From Craspedostauros australis (taxonomy: Eukaryota), in the NCBI GenBank assembly GCA_030167865.1, contig JALAGF010004520.1, forward strand, positions 1 through 58,055: a stretch of 58,055 nt of DNA. The letters are read 5' to 3'. How positions within the stretch are numbered: position 1 is the stretch's first letter; each line of letters opens with the position of its first letter. The translations under genes were made by a program, and so were the position numbers. The notes under the pieces are model-generated. The model saw nothing but the letters and a program-made list of their open reading frames with translations. It did no database searches and had not been told where the DNA came from. Below, one piece after another: positions 49,601 to 58,055 of the stretch.

Positions 49601-49823
49601 AAGAAGCAGTCGCCTTCTTCGTTAGAGACAGATGACTTGGAGTACTCCAGTCGAACTGTTGGTTCGTTCGTCGGATCGTTTGTGGGTTCGTTGTTCCATG
49701 CACAGCACCGAAGCGTTCGTTGCTGCTTCTCCTGCACAAGAGTTCTCCCCTCGCGAGCTTTCTGCCTATGATGTAATTGGATGTCGTGTTTTGCTTGTGG
49801 GATCCCTCGTAGATGTTGGACAG

Positions 49824-51572
49824 TCACAAGGTGTTGTTATTGGTGTTGTTAGATGGAAATATCGCGTTGGGTTCGAAGAGGAGTTCGCCGGAACGTTGCC
49901 TGCCTCCAGCTGCGACGTTTCTGCCGGCGGGTGTTCCTCGCGCAATCGCGACTCCCGGCAGTTGCATGGCGGCGGCTCCTTGTTGCTGTGCCAGGCGCTG
50001 TTGTGCGTCGCCCAAAAAGTCCCACCCATTTTCGCCTCGCGTTATCGTGTGGCCGAAGCCTGCGACGAGGCCGTGCGGGTTGGATTGGGGGATGTCGGGC
50101 CGTTGTTGAGGCGACGCGTCCGTGGGGAGTCCACCGACAGCGCCGTTGTTATTGTTGCCATTGGCGTTCTGGAGGCTGTGGTTATGGCTGTCGTTGTCTG
50201 CGGATGCCGCCATCGCACCGTTCGCACCGTCGAGGGCATGGAAGGCACCTCCTCCAAGACCCAGGAGCTTGTTGCCGCTGTGCGCGTCGAGCGTTGGACC
50301 GAGCGAGACGTGGGAGAGGGAGTCGCGGTGCTGGCTGTGGGGGAAGCTGCTGATGCCCATTCCCATGCCGATGCCTACACCCATTCCCATGCCCATACCG
50401 GCTGCTGCGGCAGCGGCCGCGGCTCCTGAGGCGCCTGTGCTGGCACCGAAGATGCTGCTGAGGTCGTCGTGGTGGTGGTGGAAGTGGCCGACACCGGAGC
50501 CGCCTTCGGCGTTGGATGAGGTGGCAGCAGCCCCGGCCAGGCTGCCATCGGTCGGCAGGCCTGATCCGGTGGAAACCTGGTAGTCTAAGCCGCTGATGCT
50601 AGCGGCCGAGGCGGGCGTGGCACCACTCAGCCCACCTGCCTGCTGCAGCGAGTTGTAGGCCCTGACTGCGGCAGAGTTGCGCATCATGGCCAGCGAGCCC
50701 ACAACATCGTCGTGGCTCGGGGCGTGCGACATGGCCTGGCCCGAGAAGATGGATCCCATCTGGCCAGGCGCGCCCGTGGTGCCAGAAAGACTGAAAAGCC
50801 TGGACGGCATGGCCCTCGAGCCGATCTGCGAATCGGCCGAGAAGAGCTGGCTCGCTGGGTTGTTGACGCCCGCGGCGCTTGCTGGGTGGTGGAAGGGGCT
50901 GGAGGCCATGGCCCCGGAGGGCATCTGGGCCGAGGTCGATGAGAGACCTCCGGCGCTGAGGTTGGCGAGGCGCTGCCTCTGGGTGGCCAGCAGCGCCGCG
51001 GTCTCCGGGTCCAGACCGGCGAAGGAGGCCTGGGATGCGTTCATGCCCATGTTCATGTTGACGTTCATATTCATGTTCATGAGATGACCGGCGTTGTGAT
51101 GACCGGCAGCGGCCGATCTCATCATGGCGGAGGCCGCGGCGTTGGCACCGCCCGCGCCCATCATGCCCATGATGCCATCGGGACTGGCGACTCCCGCACC
51201 TCCGGCTTCGGCTGCCCTCCTTTTCTTCTTGGCCATCGCCTCCTTGGATGGCTTGAGGAGGTTCTTCTTGCAGAGGCTCTGGTACTGGTCTCGCACGCAG
51301 TGGGCCACCTTCGCCCTGATCTCAGGCTGCGTGATCTCGTACCAGCTGCCGTTGTCCTTGTCTTCCTTGACGAAGCGGAGCTGGCGATCCCTGGCCTTGG
51401 AGACTACGGCCTCGACCACGCGGCTCTTGGCTGTCTTGGTGGGAGCGTTGGCGTACTCCGGCAGGTGGGCAAGGACGATCTCTTTCAGCTTCAGGTTGCC
51501 GGGCGAGTTCCATCGTCCCTTCCCTCGGCCGCAGAAGATATCGTTGTCTGAGCTTCTTTCCATCATCAGCAT
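49824..51572 (-). CDS. DUF6824-domain protein with a long Ala/Gly/Ser/Met/Asn low-complexity tail (putative transcription regulator)
   Basis: NDIFCGRGKGRWNSPGN..L...V.....EY....K..K......V....RFVK....WYE....R.KVAHCVRD is the diatom-expanded DUF6824 pattern. Basic KKKRR follows. First ATG is at 51572. Confidence 0.85.
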   Translation of the reverse strand: MLMMERSSDNDIFCGRGKGRWNSPGNLKLKEIVLAHLPEYANAPTKTAKSRVVEAVVSKARDRQLRFVKEDKDNGSWYEITQPEIRAKVAHCVRDQYQSLCKKNLLKPSKEAMAKKKRRAAEAGGAGVASPDGIMGMMGAGGANAAASAMMRSAAAGHHNAGHLMNMNMNVNMNMGMNASQASFAGLDPETAALLATQRQRLANLSAGGLSSTSAQMPSGAMASSPFHHPASAAGVNNPASQLFSADSQIGSRAMPSRLFSLSGTTGAPGQMGSIFSGQAMSHAPSHDDVVGSLAMMRNSAAVRAYNSLQQAGGLSGATPASAASISGLDYQVSTGSGLPTDGSLAGAAATSSNAEGGSGVGHFHHHHDDLSSIFGASTGASGAAAAAAAAGMGMGMGVGIGMGMGISSFPHSQHRDSLSHVSLGPTLDAHSGNKLLGLGGGAFHALDGANGAMAASADNDSHNHSLQNANGNNNNGAVGGLPTDASPQQRPDIPQSNPHGLVAGFGHTITRGENGWDFLGDAQQRLAQQQGAAAMQLPGVAIARGTPAGRNVAAGGRQRSGELLFEPNAIFPSNNTNNNTL

Positions 51573-54258
51573 GATCCTTTCTGCGTAGAGCACGATCTAT
51601 GTTCTGTATGTATGTGAATGTTGTGTTTGTGTATGTGTGTGTGCCTGTGCCTGTGTCTGCGTTGACTGAGCGCACCGAGTGTATTGTGTCAGTGGTTGGC
51701 CTGTTGCTTATTCGGGCGTATTGGTAGAATATGGTAGAGTATGGTGGGTTATGGTAGAGTATTGTACGGTGTGGTATGTATGATGCAAGTCTGGATGGAA
51801 CGACGGTTGTGCACAATAGTATGACTACTCTACTGCAGAGTACTGTCTCTCTCGCTGGTTGGGGCTTTGGCGGTTACCTTTGTTCGCGCTTGCCGTTGGG
51901 TTACGGATGCTGGTATAGTAAGCCTCGTTGCGTTGCGTTGCGTTGCGTTGTGTTGCGTCGAGCGAGTTTGAGGATGAATAGGTCGATGGTTGTGGTTGGT
52001 GAGGAGATGGGATCAGCACGTCTGTGTGTGTGCGTGCCTTCGCTGTTCGACTGTTCCCTGCTCGGGTTTGTTGTCGCTCCTGTCGATGTGATTTGCAATC
52101 GGATTCACCCCTTGTTGCCTGCGATGGTGCTGTTACGTTGTTCGTTTCTTGTCGCTTGCGATTCTCAGTTTTGTGTGGCCGTTCGTTCTGGATTCAGGAG
52201 CCTCTTCACTCGCGATGTTTCGTTTCTTTTGTGGTGTGTGCCTTGCGGTTGGTGTTGTCGCTGATGTTGTCGCTGATGTTGTCGCTGATGTGGTGACTGT
52301 GAGTGCTACAGTTGTTGTTGTTGTTGTTGTTGTTGTTGCGCGTGAAGCGTTGTGAGGATTGTATTTGGGATTTGTGTGAACAAGAACGGATGCCCTCAGT
52401 GCTGGACGAACGATTTGCCCCACGATACCGCTGTGTAACAGAGGGAGTTGGTTGCAGTGTTCTGGCCAAGAAACTATTCCTTCCTTTACCAGCAGCTTTT
52501 TGTGCAAGGAGGCGCCTGATTTGGTGACCGAAATTTTCTTGTCTTGAACGCGCGTGTAACCCAAGGTAGGATTGGTAACACATGAGCGTGTAGAGGGGTA
52601 TTCGTCTGAGCGTTCGGTTGTTCGTTCGGTTGTTCCATTCGCTGTGGCAGCAGCATCGCGTTGTCCGTACCGCGTTCCCAGTGAAGCATACCAATAACTC
52701 GTACCCGCAGCTAAGCCACAGACAAAGGCGGGGCTATCCAGTGCGGATACACATCAGAACAAATACTCTACTGTGCCAGGCTGTTCGCGCACGAGCGCTC
52801 TACGTTACCCAACTTGATGCGTTCCAAACAGTACCGCGCACCAGCAACACGGCGATTTGTGTCCGCCCACTGCCAAATGAGAAACGTAACCACATTATCG
52901 GAACCTACTAAGAGAAGTGGTCGGTTATCTCTTGCGGGACGAAGAGAAACTGCCGAAATGCATCAAATAAGGGAGCCACAATCATCCTTCCCCCTTACTT
53001 AACCAGTATTCCAGACATGGACCCTTTACGTTTGCTCCGACAACACCCTCGTGAATTCCACAAGGACAACAGCTGCGTTCTCGCCCTTGCCCTCCCCATC
53101 GATTCGGCACCTCACAATCCTTGTCGATCTCGCACCTTCCCCGCCACCGTCGCGCTGCGAAAAGGAAAGGTCAAAAAGCACCTGCAGCAGTACCAAGAGA
53201 AGAAGAAGGACAATGACAAAATTGCAGCGGGCCAAACAACGGACAAATTGGCAACGAAGTAGAAAGTCGATGATCAACACTTATCGGCCAACTATCATAT
53301 GATATTATTGAGGCAAGACCACCTTGTCAACAAACAACCCCCCTGGCCTTCTTTCGTGTTCTGATTGGACCAATTCTGTATTGGTTCTTGCCAGATCGAA
53401 TGTGATGATGTGTGGCGAGGTGCGGAACGCCTTTGTTGACCGCCTTCTTTGCGCTCCGCGGGCTGCCATCGCTCTCTGATTTGGGATTCGCAGCATTTTA
53501 TACGCTCGTCGGGTTTAAGACCCCATTCAGCGAAGTCGTGTAGTATCCTGCGGATTTGACATCGTAAAACGTGATATTTTTAGATCATGATTTTGCGTGT
53601 TGTCCATTAGGGTTCGATTCATTTAGCTAGCTTCTACGACACAACAACATGGCTGGCTTGTCTTCACCGCAGACGAAAATGATGACGTCATTGACAGTCG
53701 ATGTCAGACTGCGATGGTATCCAACTGTATGATGGTGAAATTGTGACGGATTCGGTGTCGTGTTGATTCCTCACGTTGTTGGTGATTTGGCTTGGTTGGA
53801 CGTTCCTCGCTTGTGCGTGTTGTGTCAAACAGCACAGCGTTGGTGCTGGCATCCCTGCGCGTCTGCTGCAACAGCGACACTTGCGAGTGCTACACAACAT
53901 AACATCATGCAATGGAGCGCAGTGACTTATCCTATGGTATGCAAATATAGTATAATATTGTGTTACACCAAGCTTAGTTTGTTAGTACAAAGTCCTGTGT
54001 AACCTGCTTTGCTCCGCTTGGACATGGGATACCGAGGTCATCTGCTGAGCTGTTGGCATGGTGCGGAAAGAGGCTGATGGCGGCAGTGTTGTTTACCTTG
54101 TTATACTCGACCTAGCCTGCGCCGTAAGGCCTGTACGGGTGAGTCTAATGGCCTCGGGGCATTCCCTACTATGGGTTTAGTCATTGTGAGTTATTATTAT
54201 GATTATTATTACCTTGTTGTTTCTCGTGTTGTGATTGGAGTACGTGCAGGTTCATTGA

Positions 54259-54420
54259 TGACAGCTTTCACTGTACTTCTTACCTTTTTACTAGTCGTAT
54301 TAATCCAAAATACTGGTTGGAGATCGTCCTCGGACGACTCACAATAAAACACAAGAGCTCCGACCGGGGCATGCACCAATGGGCCAATACGTCTTCTGTA
54401 GTTACTTGTGCAGTTTGACA
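54259..54420 (+). mobile_element. 5' LTR (162 bp) of a copia element, same family as 221-379
   Basis: TGACA...TTTGACA termini; colinear with 221-379 at roughly 85-90% identity by eye; followed by the gag ATG at 54475. Confidence 0.92.
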
Positions 54421-57400
54421 GGTTTAGAGTTGTGGTTTACCACCAAGCTTACCACTTACAAACAAACCTTCACCATGGCAAGAGCAATCAACAACAGAAC
54501 TGTTGCACCCATCATCAAGGAGCTAGTCCAGCTTGACTACTAGGAGATGACCTTCATCACATCCACCCTTGGGCGCATNNACCAAGCCATCCAGCATCCA
54601 GATGGCGCAATTGTGGCTTCCTTGACCTTTGCACCAACCCTCACCGCAATCAACATTGGAAACATCCAACACATCTGTGCATATGCCAGATCCAATACAA
54701 TTAACTCCACCACCAACTGGACTGCCGTTGATGCATACATTGAACAGACAAACTATGTGCCTCCAAAGATCAAGACCCCTGTTACAAACGCAGCGGCTTG
54801 CACAAGAACTGAGATGGCCATCAAAGACGCAGCGATGGTGGAGCCCCCAGTGGCAAACAATGAGATAGCCATGATGTCTCCATGACACGGAGCCACCCTC
54901 GCACAATCACCCTCAACACCAACAGGTTGGTGCTAGGACAAGGTATCCATGCCCAAAACTCTGACCTTCTCTGGACTGAACAAAGCCTGGCACGATTGGA
55001 AGATCACATTTGCCAGATCGATGGCAACAATGAGATATGTGAAGTATATAGAACCCAAGCAACCAAGCAACTACAATTCACAGATCAACAACCAATTGTA
55101 CACCATCCCCAATAGCAAGACCTATGAGGTGACACGGATTTCATCGTGTCATCACACATTGGCAGTGGTCATGACACCTTCCAGGCACTGGTCTGGATGT
55201 ACAAATTCAAGGACAACAAGGCAGAGATCGTAGCTGAGCAGGAAGAGCTCCTGGCAAAGCCTATCTACAATGGATCAGAGCTGTTCAGCAAGTTTGTCAG
55301 TGCCTTCTCGAAGTCCATCTGCACAATGGAAGACAATGGAAAGGTCATGAACAAAAAGGAGACCACTGCAAAGCTCTTTTCCAACATCAATGACAAACAA
55401 TTCTTGAGTGAGATTTCTTGGCTTCGCGACGTCAATCAGTCATTTGACTGGATCCGCAACGAGTTGATGAGACATGACAGCTCCATTGCCAACTCCAAGA
55501 TCGAACAATCCCCATGGCGCAACCAGTGCTAACAGCAGAAGAAGGACAGGTGAACCAACCATAAGCGTCGCTACGAGGCGCCAACAGCGGACCAAAGGCC
55601 CTCAGCGATGTTCCAGCTGATGGACAGCGTCTTCTGCCGGCTTCAGACCCACACGCAGGTGCTCGTTGTGGAGTCTGCGCTTTACTTCCGCAAACACAGC
55701 AAGCCAATCAACGAGGACACACCCAAGAAACTCAAACTAGCGGAGTACACAAAGAACCTCCAACTTCCCACCACATGAAGATCTCACAAGAGAGTCTGGA
55801 CCAAAGCTTCCCTGGCGTGCAGTGGAAAGGAATACGGACCATGCAACAACAGCTCGTGACAATCAATGACAGACACAACTCGCTACCAGTCAGAGATCGT
55901 CATACATATCAAGCCCTGCGACTGTGGGGGAGACGCGCACAGCTGCGGAGAGAAGACCCAGGTGTGCATGCCTGGAGGTACTACAAGAGTCGGCACCAAG
56001 CGGAACCCACCCGACCGTCGAACACTTTCTTTGCAGGGCAAGAGTAACAAGTTGTAGCCAAGGCTACATCAGTTGACTCAGGGGCAGACAGCGACATCGT
56101 ACATGAATCCGGATGGGTTGCGACCTGACAACACCAACAGACATTCCATGCTCACAGGGCAACGATGGCCTCACCAATCAAGGCATTCCAGATGGTCAAC
56201 GCGGTGGCAGTATATGAATCTCCAACAGGCGATGTGATCCTCATCAAGGCAAAATATGTGGCTCTGGATAAGCACCCACATCAGACAGAATCATTGTTTA
56301 ATACACATCACATGCGCGTGCCTGGACTGAATGTATACGATTGCCTCATCCAACACCAGGGGCAACAGCGCAATGCATCAGGCGACACCAGCATCCCACT
56401 GGTCAACCATGGTGGCAACACCCTGCGCATCCCCATTTGGAAATTCACAGCTCATGAGCTAACACTCAATAAGCATATCACGATATGTTACAGACACCAG
56501 CACCTTTGGCAAAATAACCAGGGAATCCATTTCAATGATGTCATCAAACACTTCCCACACCAGGTCGTCAAGAAGACAATGATGGCATCCACCCAGCTGG
56601 CGGACAGACCAATTGAGCCACATTCATGAGCCATCCCATGGCAGTACCGAACACAATGAGCTGGAGTGCTCCAGCCGCAACGAATCCACGGCCGAGTCAA
56701 TACGGACCCCTTCTTTTCCACAGTGCAATCAATTTTGCATTACAAAGTGCTTTCAACTCTTTGTCCACAGCAAACCAAAATTCATCTGGGCAAAGCCACT
56801 CCGAAGAGAGGCAATGATGCCAGGGGCGCTCACAGACTTCATCCTCAATGTTGGCACACCAGATACCCTTGTGTCAAACAACTTGCAGGTCCAATCAGGA
56901 AAGGCCTGGAAGGCAATCACATCCAAGCACATGATCAAGCACTCCTTCACTATGCTCATGAACCAGAACCAGAACAGAGCGGAACGCGCAATCGGCGACA
57001 TCAAGTGGCATGCTTATCAATTGATATGGGCGGCGTCTGTGCCACTCGAATTCTGGTGTTTTGCATTGCAGCATGCCATCGACATGTGGAACTATACGGA
57101 CAAGGGCAGCATCCAGTGGAGGACACCGATTGAACTTGTTCATGGCAACACGCCCAACATTTCCATGTTCCAATCCACTTTCTTCCAGCCTGTGTTGTTC
57201 TTCGGGCCAATGACAAAGTTCCCTGAGCATCCATTCAAACCAGGCTATATCCTGGGCATCGCGTGGATTCACGGGGATCCATTCACTTACCATATCTGGT
57301 CGCCACAAGACGAAGATATCAAGTGGGGCACAGTCCTCATGCGCAACATCGCCAAGCCGCATATTCTGGAATACGCAGACACTCCGCGCATCAGCAATGG

Positions 57401-57715
57401 AGACATACAACGAATCGCGAGGCTCAACCTCATTGACGCAACCACAAACAGCGCTTCGGGTGGCAGGGCACAAACAAAGACTATGCCAGCTGAGCTCGCT
57501 CGACAGGTCCAAGAGGCTGTTGATGCGATTGCTGTGTGGTCAGGGGCAGCATCTTGCATCCCGGAACCTGGTCCAACGAGGGTCAGGAAAATCAAGGTCA
57601 ACGCAAACACAGCTTCACTAGTGCCTATCCGCTTTTTGTGTCGCCCCCATTTGGGGCCACAAGAGGCCACAAGGGGCTACAGGGTCGAAGTAGTCGAATC
57701 CTGGTACAACTCTAC
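54421..57715 (+). mobile_element. Decayed internal region of a Ty1/copia (CoDi-like) element: gag, protease, integrase
   Basis: Gag-like fragments with stops; protease motif VDSGAD at 56072-56089; integrase-like GRVNTDPFF and PNQNRAERAIGDIK near 56690-57005. Many frameshifts and stops; truncated by the assembly gap. Confidence 0.85.
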
Positions 57716-57790
57716 NNNNNNNNNNNNNNNNNNNNNNNNNNNNNNNNNNNNNNNNNNNNNNNNNNNNNNNNNNNNNNNNNNNNNNNNNNN
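57716..57790. other. Assembly gap (75 N)
   Basis: Run of N; two further N at 54579-54580. Confidence 1.
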
Positions 57791-58055
57791 TTCACTCAAT
57801 CCTACCAACACTAAAATTTACCAGCTATCTGTCCTGCATCTGCTGCATCCCTCCCCGAAGTTTGGTGTTCACATCTCTTCTCCTCGTCGAGTTCTGCCAC
57901 ATCCAATATCGTCGGGTCCAGTCACTGGAAACCGGTGGCATCGCTTCTTCCTGCTGATCATCCCCCCTGCAGCGTTTCACTTCCTTTCCTGCATTGCATT
58001 GGCTTTTGCATACGATCCATTGAACATAGAAAGAGTTGTGACACAGACTTCTTCA

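Noticed and set aside
53017-53262. 81-aa Lys-rich ORF
   Set aside because: Short, with no recognisable domain or splice context.
53396-53485. C/D-box-like arrangement GTGATGA...CTGA about 78 nt apart
   Set aside because: Terminal stem is weak and no convincing rRNA or snRNA guide complementarity was recognised.
54421-54445. GTTTAGAG resembling a Cas9 repeat start, or the complement of a CUA-anticodon loop
   Set aside because: Single copy, no spacers or cas genes, eukaryotic context; the implied tRNA anticodon stem does not pair.

Overview
Eukaryotic nuclear DNA, very probably a diatom. Support: GT-AG introns, two ASAF-type bipartite plastid presequences, a DUF6824-like protein, RXL processing motifs and diatom-type (CoDi-like) copia elements. 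Twelve protein genes are supported: a GET2/CAML-like ER protein, MCM4, a Tat-targeted thylakoid lumen protein, a secreted mucin-like protein with two Cys-rich modules, exosome subunit RRP42, a ~2200 aa WW-WW-FYVE-helical protein, Sas10/Utp3, valyl-tRNA synthetase, a plastid zinc-ribbon+RRM protein, a papain-family protease, a DUF924-TilS fusion and a DUF6824 protein. The window is bracketed by two copies of the same Ty1/copia family in the same orientation: RNase H end plus 3' LTR at 1-379, and 5' LTR plus decayed gag/protease/integrase from 54259. A 2012-bp non-autonomous PIF/Harbinger-like element (31-bp perfect TIRs, ACT target duplication) carries a transposase relic and a fragment resembling the C-terminus of a diatom LINE ORF2. 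The most promising leads are the RXL-segmented mucin/Cys-solenoid protein, the DUF924-TilS fusion, the composite Harbinger element and a conserved RNA fold around the LTR poly(A) signal. All family assignments come from recognising motifs by eye; no database searches were run.
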